Source of the DNA: Octopus bimaculoides | Lineage: Eukaryota | DNA: 52,966 nt | Direction of reading: 5' to 3' | Assembly: GCF_001194135.2 (NCBI RefSeq) | Contig: NC_068985.1 | Span: forward strand, 82,933,866-82,986,831 | Shown: positions 24,043 through 37,455 of the stretch, in pieces | Position numbering within the stretch: the first letter of the stretch is position 1 | Layout of the letters: each line of letters starts with the position of its first letter | Translations under genes and position numbers: made by a program | Notes under the pieces: model-generated | Seen by the model: the letters and a program-made list of their open reading frames with translations, nothing else | Databases searched by the model: none | Told to the model about the DNA's origin: nothing

Positions 24043-25139
24043 ACAATATGATGTTGGTGATAATGGGAATGATGTTGATGATGATGATGATAATGATGTT
24101 GATTTGCATTTTTATTCTTTACCGTTTTATTTCTATGTATCTTTTTTTTTTGTTTTTGTTTTGGCTTTGCTAGTCATTAAAAATACATGTTTGTATATCA
24201 TTTTCTGTTGTATATATATATATATGTCTACAGATATCAGAGATTTATTATTATTGTTGTTGTTATTCCATTGAATAATATAATGTATGTGAAGGTCAAT
24301 GTGTGTATACATATGTGTATGTGTGTGTGCATGTGCATACACATACATGTCAGTGTGTGTTTGTGTATCTTTATGTGTGTGCGTGTGTGTCTATATGTCA
24401 TTCGAAAATGACAAATACGATATTCTTGAAGGCTGTAAAGATATTGGAAAAGTGTGAAGTCAGAAAAAAAAAAAAGAAAGCTAAAAACAAAAGAAAACCA
24501 GAATGGTGTGTGTGTGAAAGGTTGATATGCATGTGTGTGTGTGTGTGTATGAGTGAATACACAAAAAGAGAAGCAGAAGTAAGGCGAGAGAGGAGGGAAT
24601 GATAAAACATAAAGCCCCTAAAAGCAAAACAGAAAAACCCACCAAAAATGCAATCCTTAGATGAAAAGGGACAGACGAACGTTTTGGTATAGAAAAATGT
24701 GATGTGAATACTTGTTAGCAGATTTATCTTCTAAAGTTTGAGCATTTACATACATATAAATGTATATANNNNNNNNNNNNNNNNNNNNNNNNNNNNNNNN
24801 NNNNNNNNNNNNNNNNNNNNNNNNNNNNNNNNNNNNNNNNNNNNNNNNNNNNNNNNNNNNNNNNNNNNNNNNNNNNNNNNNNNNNNNNNNNNNNNTATAT
24901 ATAGATATATATAGATATATATAGATATATATAGATATATATATATACATATATATATATGCATATCTATCTATCTATCTATCTATCTATCTACATATAT
25001 ATAGTGTCCATGTATAAAGGTGTCAATTATTTCTTTTCAGCAGAAATTAGAAATATTTATCAGAAAAATAGATTTGATATCAATATTGATGTAAAAATGG
25101 GGGAGAAAAGTATTAAAAAACAAAAATGAGGAAAAATAC

Positions 25140-25211
<72 letters not shown>

Positions 25212-25564
25212 TGTGTGTATGTGTGTGTGTGTATGTGTGTTTGTACATATATGTATATGTGTGTTTGCAAATGTGTGTGAAATATTTGCGTATTTGCATG
25301 TGTGTGACTGTATCTGTACAGATGCATACACTTGCACATGTAAACACAGGCAAACAGATGTACATACACTCACAACGCTTGACTGATTTTGTTACGGACT
25401 TACCTGCTCAGGCAAGTCTTTGAAACAAATGTGCAGCATATCTAATCGCAGTGCAGAAGCACAAAGATTGTTATCAATGTGATTGCATGTATGTCTCTAT
25501 ATTTATTATTTATGACTTTTATATTTACTATACGTGTGGAAATAAATGTGTCTGTGTGTATACA

Positions 25565-25620
<56 letters not shown>

Positions 25621-26061
25621 NNNNNNNNNNNNNNNNNNNNNNNNNNNNNNNNNNNNNNNNNNNNNNNNNNNNNNNNNNNNNNNNNNNNNNNNNNNNNNNN
25701 NNNNNNNNNNNNNNNNNNNNNNNNNNNNNNNNNNNNNNNNNNNNNNNNNNNNNNNNNNNNNNNNNNNNNNNNNNNNNNNNNNNNNNNNNNNNNNNNNNNN
25801 NNNNNNNNNNNNNNNNNNNNNNNNNNNNNNNNNNNNNNNNNNNNNNNNNNNNNNNNNNNNNNNNNNNNNNNNNNNNNNNNNNNNNNNNNNNNNNNNNNNN
25901 NNNNNNNNNNNNNNNNNNNNNNNNNNNNNNNNNNNNNNNNNNNNNNNNNNNNNNNNNNNNNNNNNNNNNNNNNNNNNNNNNNNNNNNNNNNNNNNNNNNN
26001 NNNNNNNNNNNNNNNNNNNNNNNNNNNNNNNNNNNGTTTGTATATGTTGTATATGTATGTT

Positions 26062-26109
<48 letters not shown>

Positions 26110-28014
26110 AATGTGTGCAATATCATGCACTCACCATCCATGCATACATATATATGTGCACACGCACACAGATGGTGAGTACATAATATTGCATACATTT
26201 GTATACATAAGCAAGTATATATAAAACTCATAAGCAGATGTGTATATTTGTCTGTGCATGTGTATACATATATCTAAACAGGAATGTATCTCTGTGTGCT
26301 TATTATGAACACCATGCATGCATTTGAAAATAAAGTCAGGATAGATTAGTTTATAGAGAAACACACACATAGATCTAGATGGACATTGATACTCATACAT
26401 ACAAACATATATTTATATATATATGCATATATAAGTGCATGCATATATTTATTCACAAATATGTGTGCATGTATATATATAATATATATGCTTATATAAC
26501 TTATATATGTATATATTATATGCTTATTTGCATTCACACACACATGGATATACATAAATGCGTTTGTGAGCAAATATTTATGGATATATGTTCAGTTTCT
26601 GTGTGCACACATGCTATGTCAAAATAAAAATAAGGTACCATATGCATACAAGGATATATTTATAAGTTTCTGCAGATATCTGAAAATGTGAGCATGCATA
26701 TTTATGTACATACAAATCTAAATGGGTGCCCATAAAGTATGATGAATAATATTCATATATTTTCATTCAGTATATATTTATTTACCACTGAGAGCAGTGA
26801 CAACAATAGCATATACAACTGTGTATTTATGTACAAATACATATTTGTGTGTGTATATGCATGACATATATATATATGTGTATGCATGTGCACATACATG
26901 CACACACATTAATATATACATGTATATAAATGTTATATATATGTTTATCTACATGTATATTTATATATATGTATATGTATGCATATGTACGTATGTATAT
27001 GCATAGATATAACAAAGTGCAATAATTTACTGGCATAATTAGAATTTGGTTGTATTCCCATGCAATGAATAACTTACATTACTTACAGGCGAAAACAACC
27101 ATTCCTTTTTCTTTTTCTGTTTTTATAATCTTTATTTTTTCATCAAGTTTATTTATGCATCCCAATGTAGATCATAACGTATCATTTATACATGATACAT
27201 TGTTTATTTTATTCTATATATTATTTTTATCAGATTTACTTTTTGTTCTTCTTATCATGTCCATTGTATTATATTTATATTTGAGCACTTTTTCCTTATT
27301 TTTTTTCTTCCATTTTCCATGCTTTTGTTCTTTGTTTTGTTTGTTTTTCTTCGTTGTTCTTTATCCTAACAGTTTTTTAATCTATGTTAGCTTTTTTCAT
27401 AGAGTTTTACTTTGAATTCTTAAGAAACTTTCTTTTGTATTTAATGTCCTTGGAGGTGAGGGTCAGAAGAGGGTATGTCATCTGCACTTAGAGGGTAATC
27501 AGTGGTTCTTAGGGTGTTTTACTCAGCACATGCCAATGATCCATTTTAGGGACCAGTGAAGTTTACACAGAAGTTTAATGTTATATTTCTAAGTAGATAC
27601 ACACACATAAGTTTCTATTCATCCATCCATCCATCCATCTGTTTAATACATACATGCACACACAGTGAGGAGATTTAAGGCAACCCCAGTGGTGTTGGTG
27701 CAACGATACAATTAACCCTGTACATTGTGCAAAGGGTTTGCCATAAAAACAAACATCCAATCAGAATGACTGTCGCTGAAAATGGAAGGTACAAAGGTGA
27801 TGTGGTCTTCCAACTCATCTAAGATGACAGTAACTCTGAATATCATCTGATTCAGACTGAGATGACCAATGCATTCTACACCAGCATGGAAGACAGGCAT
27901 AAAATGATGATGGTAATGGTGATAAGACTAAATGTGATAAATGTGTATGTAAGTACACACCCACATACAAACACTCACATGTGCATACATGCACACACAC
28001 ACAAAACATACACC

Positions 28015-28330
28015 ATCATGGAGGCAATTACAAGTGACCAAGACCTTTGGCAGTGTGCTGTGCTTGAGAAGACACATCAAGCCAAGTGAAATCTTAGTCA
28101 TGGTCATTTCCAGTATCATGTAAATGGCCCTAGTGCTGGTGGCACGTAGAAAGCACCCATTACACTCTTGGAGTGGTTGGGATTAGGAAAAGCATCCAGC
28201 TGTAGAAACCATGCCAAATCAGACTGGAACTTGGTGGAACTCTTTAGCTTACTGGTTCCTGTCAAACTATCTAATCTATGCCAGCATTGAAAACAAATGT
28301 TAAATGGTAATGTGGATCATGATGAGGATA
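28015..28330 (+). mobile_element. RTE LINE extreme 3' end: last codons plus 3' UTR
   Basis: MEAITSDQDLWQCAVLEKTHQAK* runs directly into the shared ...GGAGTGGTTGG..TTAGGAA..GCATCCAGCTGTAGAAACC...GATGAG tail. Confidence 0.8.
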
Positions 28331-28399
28331 TCATCATAAAGTCTCTTAAATATATACATATGCATATAATATCTCACACACACACACACATGTGCACAC

Positions 28400-28459
<60 letters not shown>

Positions 28460-28461
28460 GC

Positions 28462-29354
28462 ATAGCTGAATCACTATCAGAACTAGAAAAGAAATTTCAG
28501 GTGTGGAAGCAAGGTTTAAAATCAAAGGGCCTTAGATTTAATTTAGCAAAGACCAAAGTCTTAGTATGGAAACAGGCAAATCACAAATCCCTTCAGAGAG
28601 CTGGCCCTGCTTGATATGTAGAAAAGGTGCTGGTAGAAACTGTATAAGGTGTACTCAGTGCAAGCTATGAACACATAAGAGGTGCAGTAGTATCAGATGA
28701 AAATAGTCTTTGTGTGTGGCAGGTGTATAGGTACGATAAACTTTAGAAATGTACAGAAAATGGACTCTGTCAAATGCCCAGGGGATACTTAGTAGTAGTT
28801 GATAACTTCCATTATTTCAGTGACCAAGTTGGCAGGAGAGGTGGATGTTCTGAGAGCATAGCTTCTAGAATAAGAATAGGCTGGGCAAAGTTCAGAGATC
28901 TTCTACCTTTGTTGATAACTAAGAGCTTCTAACTCAAAGGAAAAAGCAAATTGTATGATGCCTGTGTGCGAACAGTCATGCTACACCACAGTGAAACATG
29001 GGCTGTGACCATAGAGAATATGTGAAGGCTTGAAAGAAATGAAGTTAATATATTTCGCTGTATGTGCAATGTCAGTGTGCTTGTATGACAAAGTGTAAGT
29101 GTCTTCAGATAAAAGAATGGCCATAAGAGGCATCAGATGTAGTAAGCAGGAGAGAAGACTACACTGGTATGGTGAAGTGATGCCTATGAATGAGGACAAC
29201 TGTGTAAAGAAGGGCCAATCTCTAACTGTGGAGGGAACCAATGGAAGAGGTAGACCCAGGAAGACATAGAACGAAGCATGATCTTCGGATGTTGAGTCTC
29301 ATGGAGGCAATGACAAATTATCAAGACCTTTGGCAATTTACTGTGCTTGACAAG
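28462..29354 (+). mobile_element. RTE-clade LINE ORF2 3' portion (RT end, cysteine-rich insert, thumb)
   Basis: IAESLSELEKKFQVWKQGLKSKGLRFNLAKTKVL..WPCLICRKG..VVVDNFHYF..RIRIGWAKFRDL..KLYDACVRTVMLHHSETW..GRGRPRKT, with stops and frameshifts. Confidence 0.9.
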
Positions 29355-29689
29355 CATTCAGATGCTTTTTGTAATGCAGAAAGCATTTAAATGCTTATCA
29401 CATTAAAGAAACACTAGCAATTGCAACATGGAGGGTTTACTACTTTGATGGAATCAGGTTTTATATCGGTTTGCATGTCAAGCATGACTGCATGGTATAA
29501 TTATAGCTGGGGGATAGCATATGAAGAGGGAGATGATCTCGCTATGGACAAACAAGGATTATATACTCTGCAATTGTGCATGGACCAGCTAGAACTTGGG
29601 CAGTTTTTCCAAATTATCTGCAGCCAGTGATTTAAGTTCATTAACAGTGTGTGTCTTTGGTGGCAACAGTCTTGATCTTTTTAATCTTT

Positions 29690-30068
29690 TCTCTTTTACT
29701 TGTTCCAGGCATTGGACTACGATCATGCTGGGGCACCACCTTAAAGGGTTTATTTGAACTAATCGAGCCTGGTACTTATTCTATAAGCAGCTTTTGCTCT
29801 TTTGCTGAACCACTAAAGTTACTGGAATATAAACAAACCAACACTAATTGTCATGTGGTGGTGATGGACAAACACAATATAGGCACAAAGACACACACAC
29901 ACACACACACACACACATATTTACAATTGCTTCCTCACAGTTTCCATCTTCCAAATTCACTCACAAAACAATGGCCTGCTTGGAGCCATTGCAGAGGACA
30001 CTTACCCAAGGCGTCATGCAGTAGAACTGAACCTGAAACCACGTGGTAACAATGCAAACTTCTTAACC

Positions 30069-30072
<4 letters not shown>
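29690..30072 (-). mobile_element. SINE-A with internal (CA)n
   Basis: Same tripartite structure. Confidence 0.8.
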
Positions 30073-30105
<33 letters not shown>

Positions 30106-30899
30106 TGTGTGCTTGCCTGCCTCTATCTAAGTGTGTACATATACAACAGGCTTCTATTAGTTTGCACTTACGAACTCCCTTACAAATTATTGGACATTCT
30201 GAAGCTATAGTGCAACTCAGTAAGATGGAACTGAAAACCACAAATGAACTTATCCAGAACAACTCTTCCTAGTGAAGTTAATAACTATATTCTTAAAGAA
30301 TGATCTGAACACAGCATTGCAAACTAACAAAATACTCATCAGTGTCATAGTTCTGTTGTCACTTGAAGCTGTGATTTGTTCCTAACCTTGAATACTTCCA
30401 TATATAGAGTATAGGCTATCTAAGTCATACTACAGCCTTTTGTTCCACAGGCATACTGTGTCCTCTCAGTGTCTTTTTTGCTGTTACTATAACAATCTGT
30501 GTTTCTTTGAGCTAGCTGGCCTCGTCCAATCTCCCCCACCCCACCCCACCAATTCACTTTACTCTGCACACTCTCATTGCCCTTTTTGCATCCAGCACCC
30601 TACTGGCCCTGTGCTAGCTACTCTTTTCACTGCTTCCTTCCCAGAACATCAGCACTCTGGAATCTTCTTGATTATGTCTTACCTGTGAGTGTTGATCTGT
30701 CATAGTTTAAATGGAATATCAAGCTCAGCTGTCTCAGAGAACCTGTAAAAGCCATGGACACTGCATCGTCCTCCAAACTGAGCAAGTAGAAAGAAAAACA
30801 CTGTATAATAGCAGTAAGTGGACATTATGCTGTTACTTTTTTGAGCTTAGAGACACTATAAAGGCATCTGAAATGTAGGTGACTAAAAAGAGCATCTAA

Positions 30900-31410
30900 A
30901 TTTATACATGCTCTGTCCAAGAAAGAGATCAAAGATCAAAGACCACCAGTAAGAAGATAAAGCTACAGCTATACTCATCTATTGTTTTATCTACAGCCAT
31001 CCGTATCTTTGAAACCTGAAAGAAGACAGCAAAGATCTCTCGATTGCTGGATGTGTTTAACTGATGCTGCCTACATTCAATATCCTGGACATCTCTTACC
31101 AGGATAGGGTGAGAAACAAAGGGGTTAATAAGAAGAGCTGAGATGGGAAGTTTGCAGGACGTGGTGGCTAAGAGATGGATTCGGTTTACTGAGCATGTGC
31201 TGTGATTACTGCAGGAGTGACATGTTACTACTCTGATGGAATGGATGCCAGAAGAAGGGAAAAGACAGAGAGCAAGCCCAAGCAAGATGTGGTGCAGTAC
31301 ATTCTGGGACAACATGATAGAGATGCGAGTTGGCTGGAGCAGAGCAAGTGATCAGAATATTTGAAGAAAGCTCCTTGCTCATTGTGAAGACAGCACTACA
31401 GGATCTTTAA
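30900..31410 (+). mobile_element. Decayed RTE-clade C-terminal relic, a different subfamily
   Basis: KIKLQLYSSIVLSTAIRIFET*KKTAKISRLLDVFN*CCL..QDRVRN..RRAEMGSLQDVVAKRWIRFTEHVL..MEWMPEEGKRQRASPSKMW. Confidence 0.75.
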
Positions 31411-31426
31411 TATATATGTGTGTGTG

Positions 31427-31484
<58 letters not shown>

Positions 31485-31769
31485 CACGTATATATAGGAA
31501 AAAGAAGTTGCCCTGAGATTTTTGAGATTTTTTATTTTTAAATTTTTAATGTTTTAACTGGTGAAACTATGCTGCAATTGCTTGCTTCTGAGCAAGATAG
31601 CTACAACACAGTTCCACATTGTTCGATTTCAACTTTTGATAATCAGAGAAATCTGTGAAGCTGGTTAAGTCTTTAAAAATTTTTAAATAAAAAATTCTAA
31701 ACAAATCCCAGCACATTTTGAACTTCCCTTTTCTATATTTCTACCCATGTGGAATAAAATAAGTTTGTT

Positions 31770-32175
31770 AGGTGCAGGTGTGGCTGTGTGGTAAGAAGCT
31801 TGCTTTGCAACCACTTGGTTTGGGGTTCAGTCCCACTGTGTGGTACCTTGAGCTAGTGTTTTCTGCTATAGCCTCAGGTCAACCAGAGCCTTGTGAGTAG
31901 ATTTGGTAGATGGAAGCTGAAAGAAGCTTGCCGTACATATGTATATATCTAGGCGTGTATCTCTGTAGCTGTGTTTGTTCCCCACCACTGCTTGGGAACC
32001 AGCGCTGGTGTGTTTACATTCCAATAACTTAGCAGTTTGGCAAAGTGACTGATAGAATAAGTACCAGGTTTTTTAAAAAATCAGAACTGGGGTCAATGCA
32101 TTCTACTAAAAATTCTTCAGGTCAGTGCCCCAACAAGGTGCGGTCTAATGACTGAAGCAAGTAAAACATAAAAGA
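31770..32175 (+). mobile_element. SINE-A, full length, short internal tract
   Basis: GGTGCAGGTGTGGCTGTGTGGTAAG...GGGTTCAGTCCC...GACTGAAGCAAGTAAAAC. Confidence 0.85.
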
Positions 32176-32676
32176 TAGACATTTAGTATTGACAGAAATT
32201 AATAACATATTTTTATTTTGGTTAAGTCAGTCTCATCTTTCCCTGAGTTTCACCTGTGAATGTTATGCTTTCAATAACTAACCAAAATATTTAAACATAA
32301 AGAAAGCAATTTGTATGTTATATTTTCAGTAACCTTAACTAAGGATTGAAACCAAAGTTAATTTAGGCACAAGGCTTATAGTTTTTATTGGTAGGAAGTT
32401 TGTTGACACAATTAGCCCAGTATTTCTCAGGTACTTTATTTTATTGACTCACCACCACTGCCTCACCTGGATAAATATTAGGCAAAAATTGACCTCAAAT
32501 GGATTTGAATTAAGAATGTAGAATTTTAATAAATACCATGAGGCATTTTGTTTGGAGTTTTAATGATTCTGCCAATCCACAGTATTATGAAACAATGTTT
32601 TGAAGATGCATCCAAATGAAAATAATAACGTTTATAAAACAAAAAATTTCAATAAATTCAACTGGTTTATATACTG

Positions 32677-33019
32677 ACTAGCAGATGCACCCATCCTTTG
32701 GATGGTTTAGCATAAATAAATAATAAATTTTAAAAATGTGAAAACTAAAAAATATTCTGTAATGCAAATATACGACCATATAGATTAAAAAAGTATAGAA
32801 GACCCTACATACAACGAATTAGAGAAAAACCCATGTAAACCACTGTTTTTCCTAGTTTGTCCATTTACGTGGGAGCTCTGAGAAAAATATTATAGTGCTT
32901 GACCATCATTAGCACATATGTAATGTGTGTGTAAAGTTTGGGGAAAATCAGTTGAGAATTGTGGAAATGTATGCGTTAGTCAATATACACACACAAACTG
33001 TGATTTATATATACTAGAT
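32677..33019 (+). mobile_element. Helentron/HINE-like non-autonomous element
   Basis: 5' ACTAG followed by hairpin CCATCC-TTT-GGATGG. 3' ...AAAGTTTGGGGAAAATCAGTTGAG...ACACACAAAC...TTTATATATACTAGAT. Architecture resembles DINE-1-type elements (inference). Confidence 0.5.
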
Positions 33020-33310
33020 TTTAAATTTTGGCACAAGGTCAGTAATTTTAGGGGAGGGGATAAGTTAATTGCATCAAGCCCAATACTCAGCTGCTACTTA
33101 TTTTATTGACCCCCAAAAGAATGAAAAGCAAAGTTGATCTCAGGGGAATTTGAACTCAGAATGTGAAAATGGAAGAAATGTCACTAAACATCATCACTCA
33201 CCATGGTATCAATTCTGTTGGCTCGCAGCCTTAAGTCAACCTCTGTGGAATTTGAACTCAGAACTTAAAGACAGATGAAATGCCACTAATCATTTGCCAG
33301 TTTGCTGCCT
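33020..33310 (-). mobile_element. SINE-B plus a second partial copy
   Basis: AAATTTTGGCACAAGG...GACCCCCAAAAGAATGAAAAGCAAAGTTGATCTC...GAATTTGAACTCAG, the last motif present twice. Other decayed copies at 32370-32580 and 52080-52230. Confidence 0.8.
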
Positions 33311-33779
33311 GAACTGGTTTATATATTAAAACAGAAAGGAAGAGCTCAAGTCAGTTTCAACACCAGCACCATAGTAATATCTGTGTGATCTTTGGTAAGA
33401 GACATCTGCAATACAGCATGTACCAATGTTTCTTAATCTCTAGTGTCATGTTATTTTGTGAAGGTTGACATTTTCTTCTGAGTCTAGTCAAGAGGATTTG
33501 ATTTTGCCTTTTTCTCTTGATGTCAAACAAAGTAAATAGCAGTAGATATGTTGAAGGGAAAAAAATGAAATGATCCATTTTACAAAATTAGATTTAGATC
33601 TTGTGTAAATGAAAAGCTAAAATGGAGAATTTATTATTTCACATGCCAACATTTCAATTTAAAAGACCAAAATTACAAATATAAATTGATGTGTGTAGGT
33701 ATATATATGTGTGTGTGTGTATGTATGTGTGTGAGTCTATGTGAGTGTGTGCAACTGTGCTTGTGTGTGCATGTACGTG

Positions 33780-33840
<61 letters not shown>

Positions 33841-34189
33841 ATGTATGTGAATGAAAATAATTGGTTTAATAATCCCTTTAGAATGTATGACACATATTTT
33901 TCATTTGTTTATTGTAATCGCTCCCCTCAGTTTTCAGTCTCATTACTTTATTCTCGGTGTGAGTGTGCGTAACCTCCGACTGTGACTAATTTCACCATGA
34001 CAATAGCCTGGGTGTTTTTGTTTGGGTGTATAGATGTATTATATAGAATGGTTGCTTGGATGGTTTAGTGATGTTCTCATCAGTATATACACAGGGATGG
34101 GTACACTGACATCATGCAAACGTACACAAGCAAACATGCAAACACTGACAACTATATCTATAGGTAGGTATAGATACACATTATGCATA

Positions 34190-34231
<42 letters not shown>

Positions 34232-34521
34232 ACATTAACTACTACCACCCAGCCCCCACACAGGAACATATGCCAAACAGACTCATAAGCATACACACAC
34301 ACACACACACACACGCTTGCAAACACTGTCAAGTATGTCTTCATGTAGGCATTCACACAACTCTACAAACATAGGTGCATGTAACACATAAACACACACA
34401 CATTTACATTACCCACACACGTACACACTCTTACACCTACGAATACACACACACACACACACACACACATTATTATACAACAATATTGTTGTTGACAGTA
34501 ACCTCAAAGTTTCATCCAGCT

Positions 34522-34580
34522 AAGTCATTGTCAGACTATCTGATGATGGCTTTGCTGGCTGAAACTTCGAAGTCACTATC
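34522..34580 (+). ncRNA. Hammerhead ribozyme motif (minimal, Penelope-like type)
   Basis: CTGATGA at 34540-34546, stem II GGCT/GGCT with two G-U pairs, GAAAC at 34561-34565, palindromic TTCGAA, GTC triplet at 34572-34574. A second AAGTC lies at 34522-34526. Confidence 0.55.
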
Positions 34581-35616
34581 AACAACATTCTTGAAGAAGA
34601 AGAAGAAATTTCTACTCTACAAAAGTATTGAGTAATCCATTAGATTAATGCAAAACATTGTTTTTTATAATAGCTGAACATAAAAATAAACACACACACA
34701 CACACATATTAATATTTAGCAGAAGTAACAGAGTGACTCAAGCTCTGAGTGTTTTGTGTGTTGGCACTTATCAATGCATGAAACTCCCGGACTTTAAGTC
34801 ACACTGATATTTCTGTTAAGTATTCATAAAAATATACATATACTCCTATTTTCAGTTTTATTTTTCCTGTTTTCATCACCATATATATATATATATANNN
34901 NNNNNNNNNNNNNNNNNNNNNNNNNNNNNNNNNNNNNNNNNNNNNNNNNNNNNNNNNNNNNNNNNNNNNNNNNNNNNNNNNNNNNNNNNNNNNNNNNNNN
35001 NNNNNNNNNNNNNNNNNNNNNNNNNNNNNAGGCACATTTACCAAAATAGTTGCAGAACGCACACATATTTACATACTCTTGGTTATACATTTGTGTGTGT
35101 ATATTTCTGAATGTGTAAAATGAAAAGAAAAATGCACATGTATGTATGTATGTATGTATGTATGTATGTATGTATGTATATGTGTGTATGTATGAATGTA
35201 TGTATGTATGTATATGTGTGTGTGTATGTATGAATGTATGTATGTATGTGTGTGTGTGTGTGTGTATGTATTAATGTATGTATGGGCTGTACTAATGTTT
35301 GCATGTGAATATATATATGTATGTGTATATGTATGCACATGTTCCTGTTTTAGCAGGAACATATGTATACATCATCGTCACCATCATCAATGACCATTGT
35401 ACTCCACACTGGGACACAGAGACACACACACACTACACACAGAGACACACACACACTGCACACAGAGACACATGCACACTGCACACAGAGACACACACAC
35501 AGTTATTAAAGGGAAAGAATGCTTGCAGATATATGCATGTGCTTAGATAGATACAGAAATATGCTTTACATAGGCAATAAGGCAATGGCATTGGAACACA
35601 CGCATACAGACACTCA

Positions 35617-35665
<49 letters not shown>

Positions 35666-36142
35666 ATGTATATATGCCATCAAGTATCATATACATACAA
35701 TTAGACTCTTGCGTACATAGATAGGAACCATATGTTTGCAAACATATACATGTACATACTGTAATAAATATATGGCTATGTGTTTTATTTCTATCACTCT
35801 CTCCCCTTAAGTGTCTATTTTACTGCATCAACTTGAAAAGACAGGGAGCTATAAAGGTGTAAGTAATTGTGAAAAATAGACAGAAAAAGAAAGAGAAAGA
35901 AAAACAAAAGATGAAATAAATAGATAAATACATAAATAAGTAGACAGAGTTAAAGAGAAAGAGATGAGAACAAATAAAGGTTGAAAATATTGAAGAAATA
36001 AAGAAGTATAAAAACTAAAAGAGGATAAAATAAGAAAACTGATGAAGAGATAGATAGACAGATAGACAAATAGATAGTTAGATAGACAGACAGACTGATA
36101 GATAGATAGATAGATAGATAGATACATACATACATACATACA

Positions 36143-36174
<32 letters not shown>

Positions 36175-36196
36175 CATATTTAGAGGCTTGCGGGTG

Positions 36197-36236
<40 letters not shown>

Positions 36237-36375
36237 TATATATTCAGACAGACAAATTGGAAAATAAAATCATTGACAGATACAATTGTAGACAGAGTAA
36301 GTAATGAAAGAGATAAAAAAATGTAGAAAAATTGACTGATAGCTCATTAAAAGAGCAAGCTAGAAAATTAAATAG

Positions 36376-36406
<31 letters not shown>

Positions 36407-36739
36407 TTATGTATGTAGATAAGTAGGTTGGCAGGTTAGTTAATAGATTGATAAATAAAAAGATAAATAATGAGATGAAGAGAAAATAAATTTTAAAAAA
36501 CCCTATGATAAAAGGGCATTTAAATGGATAATTAAATAGCTGGATAAGTAAAATAAAGAATAATTAAATAAAGTAGATTAATAGCTGCATAAATCAATAA
36601 AATGAAAAGATAAAAATTCTGAGTAAGTAAATAAGCAGCCAGGAACAATTAAAATGTTTTAATCATAAATTTTTCCTAAATGGTCTCTTCAAATGCATTC
36701 TTTGCTTTCCCTTTCGGAAATATGGTATGTATCAATGAC

Positions 36740-36781
<42 letters not shown>

Positions 36782-36928
36782 TGTATGTAGATATATGCAT
36801 ACATTCTCACAAAATCAAAAGAAATAAAATGAATAAAGGAAAACAAAAATTATATAGTATTTACACATATGTATGTAGATACAAACATGCATACATACAT
36901 ACATATATATATATGTATAGATACAAAC

Positions 36929-36975
<47 letters not shown>

Positions 36976-37405
36976 TATGTATGTAGATACATACATACAT
37001 TCCCACAAAATCAAAAGGAAATAAAATGTATAAAGGAACGCAAAAATTATATATGTATTTACACACACACACACACACACACACATGCACACGCATAAAT
37101 ATATACATTTTTATGTAATGATAGCATACATACGTATGTACGTGTGCATAGATGTATGTAGGTGTTTTATTCTTTTCAATACAATAGCATAATTGTTGCT
37201 AATTGCATCAACGGGAAATAGATATTTAAAGTTTTATTTCTTACTACGTTAAAGGAAATCTCAGAAGCGGAGTCAATAAAAGCCATTGATGGGGAAAAAC
37301 AGCTCCTTTTTATCTTCGAACTATAAAATATACAACAGTAGATTTCCAAAAGAATCATTTAATAATGACAAAAGCAACAACAACAACAACAACAACAACA
37401 ACAGA

Positions 37406-37455
<50 letters not shown>

